Positions 37,641 to 48,097 of a stretch of 54,177 bases of DNA are shown in pieces (the first letter of the stretch is position 1; each line of letters begins with the position of its first letter). The stretch is from Candidatus Levyibacteriota bacterium (lineage in GTDB: Bacteria > Patescibacteriota > Microgenomatia > Levybacterales > UBA12049). The stretch spans positions 1-54,177 of the forward strand of contig JBBSGT010000005.1 in assembly GCA_038253825.1 (NCBI GenBank), written 5' to 3'. The notes under the pieces are model-generated. The model did no database searches and was not told the DNA's origin. It saw only the letters and a list, made by a program, of their open reading frames with translations. The position numbers and the translations under genes were made by a program.

Positions 37641-38846
37641 ATGGGAAAGGTAACCTATATAGATGAGGTGGATATCAAGAACAAACGAGTTTTGCTGCGG
37701 GCAGACTTTGATGTTTCGCTTCATGATAATTACACAATTGCCGACGATTTCCGCATAAAACAAAATCTTCCGACGATAAAACTCCTCTTAAAACAGAAAA
37801 ATCGGATAATTTGTGTCGCAAAACTTGATCGGCCAAAAGAACGCGATCCAAGTCTTTCGCTCAAAGTGGTTGTACAAAGATTGCGAAAATATCTCCCTGC
37901 TGTGAAGATCCGCCTCATCAATGATTTTCTTACAGAAAACCCGGAGACATTTGCAAAGCAACAAGCAAATGAAATTTTAGTCCTAGAGAATATCCGATTT
38001 TACCCCGAAGAAAAACAAAATAATAAAGCATTTGCTGAAAAACTCGCCACACTTGCAGATATCTACGTGAATGACGCCTTTGCCATGTGTCACCGCGCCG
38101 AAGCATCAATTGTCGGTGTGCCACAACTCCTTCCAAGTTATGGTGGTCTGCAATTGAAAGAAGAAATTGCCATGATAAAATCAGCCATTGCCAAACCGAA
38201 AAAGCCAGTTGTCGCAATTATCGGGGGGGCCAAAATCTCAACGAAAATTTCACTGATTAACCGACTTATTGAAGTCGCCGATTACGTCATTCTCGGCGGT
38301 GGACTCGCCAATGTTTTTTTTCGCGCGCAACGCTATTTCATCGGCAGCAGTCTATGTGAATATGAAATGACACTCAAAGCCCGACAGCTCCTTTTTCTCG
38401 CCGAGAAAAAAGGTACTAAAATTATTTTGCCGACTGATGTCCTCATCGGCTATCCCAAAGAGACTGAGAAACGTGGTGAAGTCGTCAAGATTAAAGATAA
38501 TAAAATCCCAAAAGGTAAAGCAATTCTTGATATCGGACCTGAAACCAAAGCAAAATATGGCTCGCTCATTGCGAAAGCACATACTATTCTTTGGAATGGT
38601 CCAGTCGGATTATTCGAGAACCCGGCCTTTCGGCAAGGCACTGATTTTATTTACTACGCAATAGCACATAATCCTGAAGCAACCTCAATCGTAGGTGGTG
38701 GTGATACGTTATCGGCAATTTCCAAGCAAGAATATTTTTCCACCATTACCCATGTCTCCACCGGTGGTGGAGCTATGCTTGAGTTTATTGAGAAAGGCAC
38801 GCTTCCCGGTATTGAAGCTCTTGAAGAAAACCACACAAAAACGTAA
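37641..38846 (+). CDS. pgk: phosphoglycerate kinase
   Basis: LLRADFDV, LENIRF, GGAKISTK, WNGPVG, VSTGGGAMLE. Confidence 0.96.
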   Translation: MGKVTYIDEVDIKNKRVLLRADFDVSLHDNYTIADDFRIKQNLPTIKLLLKQKNRIICVAKLDRPKERDPSLSLKVVVQRLRKYLPAVKIRLINDFLTENPETFAKQQANEILVLENIRFYPEEKQNNKAFAEKLATLADIYVNDAFAMCHRAEASIVGVPQLLPSYGGLQLKEEIAMIKSAIAKPKKPVVAIIGGAKISTKISLINRLIEVADYVILGGGLANVFFRAQRYFIGSSLCEYEMTLKARQLLFLAEKKGTKIILPTDVLIGYPKETEKRGEVVKIKDNKIPKGKAILDIGPETKAKYGSLIAKAHTILWNGPVGLFENPAFRQGTDFIYYAIAHNPEATSIVGGGDTLSAISKQEYFSTITHVSTGGGAMLEFIEKGTLPGIEALEENHTKT

Positions 38847-38956
38847 TCTGTGTATTCCCCTATAGTGAGTTGTGCTGTATAATACATATGGATTCAAAAG
38901 ACAAATTGCCAGATTGACAAAACTGCCTCGATTGTAATTCAATAGAAAGGTCTACT

Positions 38957-39964
38957 ATGAACGTCCCAACAGTCACCCATAACGGTCTATCATTTATTAA
39001 TGTAAATAAACCAACAGCAGAACAGATCGCATTTCTAAACAAGAATTTCGGTTTTAGCATGCTGAACCTGGAAGATTATCTTTACAAGACGCAAATTCCA
39101 AAGATTGAAGTTGATGAGGATTACTCACTCATCGTGATGGATGTCCCGTCTATCCAGCAGGCTGCACGTCCCAAGGCGCCGGCCAACAAAAATGCTTCCC
39201 CCAATATTCTCAATACCCGTATGCCATTCCCTGCTCTCCCGAAATCAGCAAAGCGAAAACGAATCAATATCGGAGAAGTTGATTTCTTTATTGGGAAAGA
39301 CTATCTCGTCGTTCTCCATGACGACCGAACACCACAAATTGATGAGATATTTGAAATGTGTAAGATTACTTCCAAGCACCGTGAAGACTTGATGGGGAAA
39401 GGAGCAGCATATCTTTTTTACAAAATTGCAGATATTTTGATTGATTCTTCTTTTGGTTATGTCGAAGACATCACAAGTACCATCGATTATATCGACCGCC
39501 AACTTGAGGAAAAGAGTGGAGCAGCATTAATAGAAGATATTTCTATAACTCGCCGCAACATCGTGGTCTTCGAAACGATGATTAAGCCGCTTCTTCCTAT
39601 CTTTGCTGATTTGGAAAAAGGGAAATATCAAAAATTAAATGGTCCGATGGTCGATTACTGGAGTAACTTACTGGACCATTTGCAAAAGATTTGGGAACGG
39701 CTTGAAGATAACAAAGAACTGATTGCCGGTATTGCCTCAAGTAATGAGTCTATTTTATCCAATCGAAGTAACGAATTAGTTAAATTCCTGACGGTAATTA
39801 CTTCAATCTCGTTTCCTTTCGTTATTGTGAACAATCTTTATTCCATGAACGTCAAAGGCTTACCATTTGCCAATGAGCCATGGATTGTATGGGCACTCTT
39901 TTTTGTCATTTTCTGCGGAGGAGTCTCCATTATCTCCTATTTCAAATACAAAGATTGGTTATAA
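38957..39964 (+). CDS. corA: CorA family divalent cation transporter (SMN variant)
   Basis: Soluble N-domain, coiled stalk, NELVKFLT, LYSMNV..LPF, second TM helix and K..W tail. Confidence 0.88.
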   Translation: MNVPTVTHNGLSFINVNKPTAEQIAFLNKNFGFSMLNLEDYLYKTQIPKIEVDEDYSLIVMDVPSIQQAARPKAPANKNASPNILNTRMPFPALPKSAKRKRINIGEVDFFIGKDYLVVLHDDRTPQIDEIFEMCKITSKHREDLMGKGAAYLFYKIADILIDSSFGYVEDITSTIDYIDRQLEEKSGAALIEDISITRRNIVVFETMIKPLLPIFADLEKGKYQKLNGPMVDYWSNLLDHLQKIWERLEDNKELIAGIASSNESILSNRSNELVKFLTVITSISFPFVIVNNLYSMNVKGLPFANEPWIVWALFFVIFCGGVSIISYFKYKDWL

Positions 39965-40034
39965 AGCCTTTTTAAGATTCTCTTTTAATAATTTTGCAAA
40001 AAAGACAATCTTCCATAGAAGAAACTCTGGGAGC

Positions 40035-41063
40035 TTAATTCGTGAATTCCTGGCTGAACATCATACCGTAAATTCCCCCATCAATGACTCCAATACCAAT
40101 TGTATGAAAATTCGGACTTAAAATATTAGCCCGGTGTCCAGGGCTATTCATTAGTCCCTGCATTGCCAATGGCGTACTTGGCGCCAGCGCTAAATTCTCC
40201 CCTGCATACTGATAATTGACACCTGCTGCTTCCATACGATCAAAAGGAGATTTGCCTTCAAGTGTGTAATGAGAGAAGTAGCCACGCGTGAACATATCCT
40301 GAGAATGTGCGCGGGCCACATCACGCAACTGGTCATCAAATGCAACAGGTGGTAGTCCCTGTTTGATACGCTCTGTGTTGACCATACGAAACATCTCTTG
40401 CTCAGCTGGCCCGTCTACTTTCCCATTACTAACTTTGAAATGAAGCTGCACAGTCTCATTGCTTTTCGGCTCAACCGTTAAGAAATTTAAGGTATCATTG
40501 AGCGCTCCACCAAAGATGGTATTAAGCTGATTCTCAAAGAGAGATGTGTTCGCAATCAACTGTGACCCGATTACAGAATTGGTGACAGATTGTTTAATAA
40601 AAGGTGAGGAAGGGAAAGTCAGAATAACACTGAGGAGAAAAGAAAGAATGATAAACGCTGATACTAAACCAGGAAGAACACCAAGCCAATGATCAGCAGC
40701 TTTTAACGCATCTGCGATCCTGTTTCCCCGCGGCAAACCTGGCAATAGATGCACGAAACGTCGTGCTAATAAAGACAATATGACTTCACTTGTGAAAGCT
40801 ATAAGAAAAAAACCAACGGCATTGGCAAGACCAAGCGGCATACCAAAGAAGAGGATCAAGAGCGAAGCAACGGTGTTATAAAATTTCAACGCCGCAATAA
40901 AAGAGAAGATAAAGCTTATTAAATCAAGGAGAGCCAAGCTAAAACCCAAGCTGTAGCCTTCATGTGCGTAGAATACTACTACCAAGATGATAATTATATC
41001 CAAAAAGTTAATTCCTCCCAGATGGAGAGGAAGCGAGGAAAAGAATTGCATCATAATATCCAT
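40035..41063 (-). CDS. CvpA-family membrane domain fused to CAP/SCP domain
   Basis: N..D.II..GY..GF; D..LG..G; VNTER, AHSQDM..GYFSH, GENLA, SPGHRANIL. Confidence 0.88.
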   Translation of the reverse strand: MDIMMQFFSSLPLHLGGINFLDIIIILVVVFYAHEGYSLGFSLALLDLISFIFSFIAALKFYNTVASLLILFFGMPLGLANAVGFFLIAFTSEVILSLLARRFVHLLPGLPRGNRIADALKAADHWLGVLPGLVSAFIILSFLLSVILTFPSSPFIKQSVTNSVIGSQLIANTSLFENQLNTIFGGALNDTLNFLTVEPKSNETVQLHFKVSNGKVDGPAEQEMFRMVNTERIKQGLPPVAFDDQLRDVARAHSQDMFTRGYFSHYTLEGKSPFDRMEAAGVNYQYAGENLALAPSTPLAMQGLMNSPGHRANILSPNFHTIGIGVIDGGIYGMMFSQEFTN

Positions 41064-41165
41064 AGTATACTTCTATTATACGCAATTTCTGCAAGATACA
41101 AAAAAGAAAATCTGCTAAAATAAAAAAAGGAGTGTTGTCCTCTCAAAATACAACGAGTTGGGTAT

Positions 41166-43340
41166 ATGATCAAGCGCTACAAAAAAACTATTACTAAAGT
41201 TGGCAAAATGTCGATCAAACGTAAAGGCCTCTTATTTTTCCTCTTGGCAGTTATTCTTGGAGTCATTATACTTGGGACTTTCTATCTTTTTATTATTAAA
41301 GACCTTCCTTCACCGACAAAGTTGAGCAATAATACAGCTTCTTATTCAAGTCAGATATATGACCGCAATGGGAAGTTGCTCTATACATTATATGGCAATC
41401 GCAATCAGACATTTGTTCCACTCGCAAAAATTCCTAAACAAATGCAGGAAGCAACCATTGCTATTGAAGATAAAGACTATTACCATCACGGCGCTGTTGA
41501 TTTACGCGGTATAACCCGAGCAGCATATTCTATTTTTGTCCATAAACAAATAGAAGGAGGTTCCACGTTGACGCAACAATTAGTAAAAAATAGTCTCCTT
41601 ACGCCTGAACAAACGATTCAACGGAAAATGAAAGAAGTGATCCTTGCTTTCGCTACAGAAATCATGTATTCGAAAGATCAAGTACTTGAAATGTATCTTA
41701 ATCAGGTACCATATGGGGGCACATCATATGGCGTAGAAGCAGGTGCACAAACCTATTTCGGGAAAGATATCAGTAAGTTGTCACTTGCTCAAACAGCATT
41801 TTTGGCTGCCTTGCCGCAGGCACCGAGTACCTTTTCTCCCTATGGCTCGCATCCTGAACTGGGAAAAGCACGGCAAATACAAGTATTGAAGAATTTGTAT
41901 GAACAAGGCTATATCACAAAAAAACAGCAGAATGATGCCCTGAAAGAACAAGTTACCTTTCAAAAAATTACTAACCCGATTAAAGCTCCGCATTTTATTT
42001 TCTATGTACGCGATTTGCTTATTAAAAAATATGGAGAACAAGCAGTCGAAGAAGGAGGTTTTAAAATCCGAACCAGTCTTGATCTCAATGTGCAAAATTT
42101 TGCCCAGCAAGACGTGGCAAAACAAGTTGCTGATGTCGCACAGTATCATGTCGGTAACGGCGCTGCACTTGTCACTGATCCGGCAACAGGAGAAATTTTG
42201 GCGATGGTAGGAAGTAAAGATTATTTTGATCCCAAACAAGGCAACGTCAACGCAACCATTGCCTTACGCCAACCAGGATCTTCAATCAAACCTATCAATT
42301 ATGCGCTTGGTTTGGAAAACGGTTATTCAGCTTCCACACCATTTGTTGACGCGCCGACGTGTTTTCCTGATCCATCAAGCAAGCCTTATTGCCCGCACAA
42401 TTATGATCTTCGCTACCATGGTATTGTCCAGATGCGTTATGCACTTGCAAATTCTTATAACATTCCTGCAGTCCAAATGTTGAAAATCAATGGGGTAGAA
42501 GGAATGATTAAGACAGCCACAGATATGGGTATCACTACCTTTAAAGATCCTTCACGGTATGGTTTATCTTTGACACTTGGTGGTGGTGAAGTATTGATGA
42601 CTGATATGGCTACTGCTTTTGGCGTCTTTGCGAACCAAGGATATCGCATTGATCTCCATCCTATTTTGAAGATTACTGATCGTCACGGAAATGTTATTGA
42701 AGAATACAAACCACCATCAAGTCCTATCTTTGGAAAACGAGTATTGCCATCTGATGTGACATTTATTATTTCCGATATTCTTGCAGATAATGCAGCAAGA
42801 ACTCCTGCTTTCGGCCCAAGTTCTGCCTTAAAGATCGATAAGCAACATGTCTCAGTCAAAACAGGTACGACCAATGATTATCGAGATAACTGGACAATTG
42901 GCTACACTCCTTCTTATCTTGTAGCTGTATGGGTAGGTAATAATGATGACACGCCGATGGACGGAATAGTCTCAGGTATTACCGGGGCGGCGCCAATTTG
43001 GCATGATATTATGAGTCATTTGGTTCAAGGGAAAAAACCTGAAGTTCCCCAAAAACCACCGGATGTTTATGGCAAATACGTCTGTTCGAACACAGGACTG
43101 ATAGCTTCAGAAAGTGCAGGAGGCTGCCCGACGCGATTTGAATATTTGATTAAAGGGAAGGAACCAAAAAAGCCAAATATCACGACGGAGAAAGTTTGGA
43201 TCGATACCACTACCAATGCGAAAGCTGCAGCCGGTCAAACCCAAAATGTTGAGCAGCGTGATGAGACAGTGATGATAGATGCTGCGGGAAACAGATATTG
43301 TATTAGTTGCGCAGTAGCAGCGCCAACACCAACTCCATAA
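41166..43340 (+). CDS. class A penicillin-binding protein (PBP1A family)
   Basis: EDKDYYHH, GGSTLTQQLVKN, SSIKP, SYN and KTGT. Confidence 0.95.
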   Translation: MIKRYKKTITKVGKMSIKRKGLLFFLLAVILGVIILGTFYLFIIKDLPSPTKLSNNTASYSSQIYDRNGKLLYTLYGNRNQTFVPLAKIPKQMQEATIAIEDKDYYHHGAVDLRGITRAAYSIFVHKQIEGGSTLTQQLVKNSLLTPEQTIQRKMKEVILAFATEIMYSKDQVLEMYLNQVPYGGTSYGVEAGAQTYFGKDISKLSLAQTAFLAALPQAPSTFSPYGSHPELGKARQIQVLKNLYEQGYITKKQQNDALKEQVTFQKITNPIKAPHFIFYVRDLLIKKYGEQAVEEGGFKIRTSLDLNVQNFAQQDVAKQVADVAQYHVGNGAALVTDPATGEILAMVGSKDYFDPKQGNVNATIALRQPGSSIKPINYALGLENGYSASTPFVDAPTCFPDPSSKPYCPHNYDLRYHGIVQMRYALANSYNIPAVQMLKINGVEGMIKTATDMGITTFKDPSRYGLSLTLGGGEVLMTDMATAFGVFANQGYRIDLHPILKITDRHGNVIEEYKPPSSPIFGKRVLPSDVTFIISDILADNAARTPAFGPSSALKIDKQHVSVKTGTTNDYRDNWTIGYTPSYLVAVWVGNNDDTPMDGIVSGITGAAPIWHDIMSHLVQGKKPEVPQKPPDVYGKYVCSNTGLIASESAGGCPTRFEYLIKGKEPKKPNITTEKVWIDTTTNAKAAAGQTQNVEQRDETVMIDAAGNRYCISCAVAAPTPTP

Positions 43341-43345
43341 AGCGT

Positions 43346-43492
43346 ATGTCCAAGCAAACCGATGCCATACCAGAGATAGAACAAGAGCGTAGCCTTTATA
43401 ATCGTAGATCAGGGAACAAAACACTTATACTCGTGGGCGTTCTTATTGCTCTTGTTGTGATACTTTCAGCAGTAATGCTTTTATTGCTCTAA
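43346..43492 (+). CDS. small tail-anchored membrane protein, 48 aa
   Basis: ATG 5 nt after the PBP stop; C-terminal hydrophobic helix. Confidence 0.5.
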   Translation: MSKQTDAIPEIEQERSLYNRRSGNKTLILVGVLIALVVILSAVMLLLL

Positions 43493-44191
43493 TTTTTGAG
43501 CTGATGTGACTTCATCAAGCTGCTTTTGCAATAACGCATATTGTTTTTGTGGCGTATCAAGATTAAAAAGAAAACTCGTCGCCACAAAACGATTCGCACC
43601 GGCTACAGCTGCCAAGGCAATTGTTTCATCATTAATGCCTCCATCCACTTCGATAGGCAAATATTCCGACTTTGCCCGAGCTTTTTTAACTTTTTCTAAA
43701 AGTTCTTCTTCAAACTTTTGCCCGGAAAATCCAGCTTGGATTGTCATCACAAGCAAGCCGTCCAAATCCTCAAGTGAAACTTTTATGGCATCCAGTGGAG
43801 ACTCCTTATCAAGAGCCAGAACAACTTCACCATATAATTGGGCTTGCGCCACAAAAGCTTCTTGATCCGACATTTTTTCGATTTGTCCGATGAAACGGTG
43901 AAAACCTGCATCAGCCCATGTTTTTAGATGTTTTATTGGATCTTCAACCATCAGATGAACTTCAAACACGAACCCTTTTTCACCCAGAAGCAGTCCCCGC
44001 TCACCGCTCGGCATTTCCTTTGTATATTTTCGAAACGGTTCAGGATCGATATGAGTAGTATTGTTGGCAAATTTTCCATCAATGACATCGATATGAATTG
44101 TTTTTGCAAAAGGTTTTACCAGCTCAATTTTCTTTTCTATTTGATCCCAGTTTTTATTTTCAGTGCCGGGGCTCGGAATTATCTCAAACAT
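43481..44191 (-). CDS. rpe: ribulose-phosphate 3-epimerase
   Basis: HIDVIDGKF, EVHLMV, MTIQAGFSGQKF, EVDGGIN. Confidence 0.93.
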   Translation of the reverse strand: MFEIIPSPGTENKNWDQIEKKIELVKPFAKTIHIDVIDGKFANNTTHIDPEPFRKYTKEMPSGERGLLLGEKGFVFEVHLMVEDPIKHLKTWADAGFHRFIGQIEKMSDQEAFVAQAQLYGEVVLALDKESPLDAIKVSLEDLDGLLVMTIQAGFSGQKFEEELLEKVKKARAKSEYLPIEVDGGINDETIALAAVAGANRFVATSFLFNLDTPQKQYALLQKQLDEVTSAQKLEQ

Positions 44192-44696
44192 TATTTTTCT
44201 CCTCAATTTGTTTAATCTCTTCAATTCTTCGCAAATGACGTTCGCCTGTGGGATCAGTTGTATCTAACCACAATTTGACTGCTTTTAAGACATCTTCCTC
44301 TGTGAGAAAACGCGTAGCAATAGAAAGCATATTTGCACCGTTATGCTCTCGCGTCAACTTAAGCATTTCAAAAGGATCAGTACTTTTATCTCCTTCGATA
44401 TCGACGGTTTGCACAGGAACAACAGGAGTGTAAAAAAGTGCGCAGCGAATACCTTTAAATTTATTAGCAACTATTGCTTCTCCTTGTCCAGAACCACCAA
44501 AAATCACACCCCGGTTACTCATCGGATCTTGGGTGACAGCCTTTGCCGCTTTTGCTATAAAATCAGGATAATCGTCATCTTTGTTATAACTATACGTCCC
44601 ACAATCTTCCACATCATAGCCTAATTCCAATAACGCTTTGTAAACCTTATCTTTTAAAGCAAGTCCTGTATGATCTGTTGCTAAATATACTTTCAT
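44184..44696 (-). CDS. rpiB: ribose-5-phosphate isomerase B
   Basis: DHTG, DDYPDF, GGSGQGE..ANK, REHN.AN, RHLRRI. Confidence 0.93.
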   Translation of the reverse strand: MKVYLATDHTGLALKDKVYKALLELGYDVEDCGTYSYNKDDDYPDFIAKAAKAVTQDPMSNRGVIFGGSGQGEAIVANKFKGIRCALFYTPVVPVQTVDIEGDKSTDPFEMLKLTREHNGANMLSIATRFLTEEDVLKAVKLWLDTTDPTGERHLRRIEEIKQIEEKNNV

Positions 44697-44714
44697 AAAA
44701 TGTACAAACTCCAA

Positions 44715-45263
44715 CTAGTAGTGTCCCACGATAACCTCAGCATCAGTCTTGATAGTATCATCAACTGTTGGTTTTATGTTAACTTTTGGATTTGCAGTAG
44801 CGAGATCTTTTTGCAAGACAGGCAAATAGTCACGATACTTTTTCTTAACATGAATAGTGATTCCCTCGTACGTATACGCATCAGCATTCCCCGTAGTTAC
44901 CTTTATATAACCAGCCTTTTTTAACGTATCAGCAATTTTTTGCGCAACTCCGACCGTTCCGCTGCCGTTTTGCACACTGACCTGTAAAGTACTGCGATCC
45001 AGTTTTGTACCAGCAGAGGGTGTGGCAGTTATCGTTGCTGAATTCGAGGCTATCGGAGTTGCGACTATGGTAGGCGATGGTTCTGCTGTCGGGATAGGTT
45101 TGGTTGGCGTTGATTGTTGTTTTGTTTTTCCTCCTAGAAAATATAAACCGACAAGTCCAATGATAAGAAGGAGCAAAATGATAAAAAAGATAATAAGCAG
45201 CCGTTTCTTATTACTTGTCTTTTGGACATAGGCCGGTTGTTGAAAGGATGATGTTTCATTCAT
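44715..45263 (-). CDS. LytR C-terminal domain membrane protein
   Basis: TM helix, P/T-rich linker, VQNGSGTVG.A, GNA, VIVG. Confidence 0.85.
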   Translation of the reverse strand: MNETSSFQQPAYVQKTSNKKRLLIIFFIILLLLIIGLVGLYFLGGKTKQQSTPTKPIPTAEPSPTIVATPIASNSATITATPSAGTKLDRSTLQVSVQNGSGTVGVAQKIADTLKKAGYIKVTTGNADAYTYEGITIHVKKKYRDYLPVLQKDLATANPKVNIKPTVDDTIKTDAEVIVGHY

Positions 45264-45346
45264 AGGAGCATATAAAAAACTCTAGCTTATTTTTTTCATA
45301 GTAGCATATTTATATACATTTGGAAATATCTGATATAATCAAATAT

Positions 45347-47101
45347 ATGCCCATTAAAAAAATCCTGGCTCTATTTCTTATTTTTACACTCACGGTTCTT
45401 CCGTTAGCGATCAATGTACATCTGGCCGATGCTGACCAACTTGATGATGTTAACCAACAACTTTCCCAATTAAATGATGAATTAACGAAATCTGTTGCTG
45501 AGACGCAGCCACTGCAGTCGCAACTGGATAATGAACAAAAACAAATATCAAGTATTAAATACCAAATTGGCAGCATAGAATCTGATATCGCTCTGAAGAA
45601 AAAACAAATTGATAGTGGTTATGCCAACCTAGCCGAAAAAGAAACGATTATTTCGCAAACAATCCGTGACTTTTACGTCAAAAGCTACTATGCTAATCCT
45701 CTCTTGACGCTTTTCTCAGAGGCCTCAATGTCCGATATGACCCAAACACTAGCCTATCAACATGCCCAGACCGAACAAGATAAATCGATTATTACCAATA
45801 TTGCCCTGACAATTAATGATCTCCAAACAAAGAAAACCCAGTTGCAACAAGAACAAACGGCATTAGCCGCGTCCAAAGCAAGTCTTGATGCCGAAACGGC
45901 AAAATTGGATAAAGTTGTTTCTGGCGCAAAAAGTTATCAGTCACAATTATCTGGACAAATCTCTGCGCTATCCGCACAGCAACAACAAATCATAGCCCAA
46001 AAATATGCAACACTCAATATTCCAAGCACCGCATATACCAGTAGTGGTGGTTGCTCAAGTGATTTAAATCCATATCGAGATCCGGGGTTTGGGGGAACAA
46101 AATTTGGGTTCTTTTCGTATGGCGTGCCAAACCGCGTCGGTCTTAATCAATATGGTGCAAAAGGTCGAGCCGAGGCAGGTCAAAGTTATAATGACATTCT
46201 CAATGCTTATTATGCCAATTTCCAAGTCACAAATATGCCCACATCTTCAACGACTGTTACTGTCAATGGCAGTAATGAATCAGGCGAATCATTCTCCAAT
46301 CAATCGTTTAATGTGGAAGATTACCTCAAGCATATCTATGAAATGCCCAGTGCTTGGCCATCTGAATCGTTGAAAGCACAGGCAATAGCAGCACGCTCAT
46401 ATGTAATGCATGCGATCACAGCTGGCCGTACTACTGTTGCGCCAAATCAAAGTTTCCAGGAAGTCAAAACTGAGCTCAATGCACAGTCATGGATCGATGC
46501 CGTAAATGCAACATCAGGGCAAGTGATGACCTCAGGTGGTCAACCGATTAATGCATTTTTCTCTTCCACTCATGGTGGATACACCCATGCATCCGCAGAT
46601 ATTGGCTGGAGCGCTACATCTTACACGAAGACAGCTCAAGACACAACTGCTCCTGCAAATAGCTTTGCTTCTCTCAATAGTAATGCGTATGATAAAGCTT
46701 CACCATGGTTCTACTGTGATTGGGGTTCCAGAAGTTCTGCCAATGGAACAGCATGGCTCAGCTCAAGCGATGTAGCTGATATCGTAAATACTATTTTACT
46801 CGCTCTTACCGATGGTAGTACGACATCACATCTTTCTCAAATTGACAAAGATATCCCGGATACATGGGACGCATCCCAAGTCCAACAACAGCTCAAAAGT
46901 CACGGAGTTACACCATATACCAATGTTTCAAATATCTCGGTAAGTGCCGATTTCGGATCAGGAACGACAACAACCGTTACTATAAATGGCGATGGTGGCA
47001 GTCATAGTATTTCGGGAAGTAATTTCAAAACACTCTTTAATTTGCGTGCTCCCGCAAATATCCAAATTGTCGGGCCACTCTATAACGTTGAGCTTAAATA
47101 G
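45347..47101 (+). CDS. SpoIID/LytB-domain protein with N-terminal coiled coil
   Basis: Signal peptide; coiled coil; GLNQYGA.GRA; EDYL..EMP..W..ESLKAQAIAARSY. Confidence 0.88.
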   Translation: MPIKKILALFLIFTLTVLPLAINVHLADADQLDDVNQQLSQLNDELTKSVAETQPLQSQLDNEQKQISSIKYQIGSIESDIALKKKQIDSGYANLAEKETIISQTIRDFYVKSYYANPLLTLFSEASMSDMTQTLAYQHAQTEQDKSIITNIALTINDLQTKKTQLQQEQTALAASKASLDAETAKLDKVVSGAKSYQSQLSGQISALSAQQQQIIAQKYATLNIPSTAYTSSGGCSSDLNPYRDPGFGGTKFGFFSYGVPNRVGLNQYGAKGRAEAGQSYNDILNAYYANFQVTNMPTSSTTVTVNGSNESGESFSNQSFNVEDYLKHIYEMPSAWPSESLKAQAIAARSYVMHAITAGRTTVAPNQSFQEVKTELNAQSWIDAVNATSGQVMTSGGQPINAFFSSTHGGYTHASADIGWSATSYTKTAQDTTAPANSFASLNSNAYDKASPWFYCDWGSRSSANGTAWLSSSDVADIVNTILLALTDGSTTSHLSQIDKDIPDTWDASQVQQQLKSHGVTPYTNVSNISVSADFGSGTTTTVTINGDGGSHSISGSNFKTLFNLRAPANIQIVGPLYNVELK

Positions 47102-47156
47102 CAATCCCAGCCACACCTTGTGTTATAATACGTGTTCATGATACGGTTATATTATT

Positions 47157-47852
47157 ATGCCTGATATTTTTACACTCCCAAACGATCAGCAGGAGACGAA
47201 ACTTGCTGTGGCACCGCATCCTCTGTCTGAAAAGAATCTCTCAGTAACCAAACCCTCAGCACTATCCTCATCATTACCTGACCACTCCGATAGTGTGGGT
47301 CTTTTCTCTGCCTATTGTGCTAATCCTACCGGTGTTAGATTTATCAATCAGGAAGACGATGAACAAGTTGTCTTGTTTCTCAGAAGGCATTTTATAACCA
47401 ATATTCCTTGGATAGGCTCTGCGCTCTTCTTGTTGTTTGTGCCGCCGCTTTTTTTCTGGGTACTGAACGCTACCAGCTTTACTATGTTTATATTTTCCCA
47501 TCAATTTATTCTTATGGTTGTGGCGTTCTATTATGCGCTTGTTCTCAACTTCGCTTTAATTAATTTTATTAGTTGGTTTTATAACGTCGGCTTAGTCACG
47601 CAAAAGCGAGTCATTGATCTGGATTCTACCAATATCCTAAACCATAACCTCTCAGAGACTAACGTTGCAAATATTGTTGATGTCTCCTTCACACAACGAG
47701 GGTTTTTCCAAAGCTTTTTTAATTATGGGGATGTGCATATTATCCTCGAAAATGTTGGTAGTCAGTTTGTATTTAACGCAGCACCCAAACCTGACAAAGT
47801 CGCCGACATCATCTCTGATTTAAAACAATTGCAAGGAGGGAGTGGCACATAA
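47157..47852 (+). CDS. two-TM membrane protein with bPH_2-like domain
   Basis: QEDDEQVVLFLRRH, two TM helices, W..VTQKRVID, FNYGDV. Confidence 0.8.
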   Translation: MPDIFTLPNDQQETKLAVAPHPLSEKNLSVTKPSALSSSLPDHSDSVGLFSAYCANPTGVRFINQEDDEQVVLFLRRHFITNIPWIGSALFLLFVPPLFFWVLNATSFTMFIFSHQFILMVVAFYYALVLNFALINFISWFYNVGLVTQKRVIDLDSTNILNHNLSETNVANIVDVSFTQRGFFQSFFNYGDVHIILENVGSQFVFNAAPKPDKVADIISDLKQLQGGSGT

Positions 47853-48093
47853 TATGAATGACGCGCTTTTCTTTATTCAAGCCAATAGTTTAATGCTCCT
47901 TTTTAAGGTTCTTATTCTCATATTGTTTTTTGTCTATATTATTTACACATTTATTATCCTCAATCGAGTGCGAGCCCTCAACAGGACAATTCAGGTAACA
48001 GGTGCTCACGCATCAGTAACGTTGCAGACCATTACTTGGATTTTCTTTTTGCTCGCGGTCTCGCTTTTTATTGCCACAATTGTTATAGTATAA
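47842..48093 (+). CDS. small two-TM membrane protein (DUF5657-like)
   Basis: TM-RVRALNRTI-TM; overlaps the upstream stop; start may be ATG 47854. Confidence 0.65.
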   Translation: MAHNMNDALFFIQANSLMLLFKVLILILFFVYIIYTFIILNRVRALNRTIQVTGAHASVTLQTITWIFFLLAVSLFIATIVIV

Positions 48094-48097
48094 CGTA

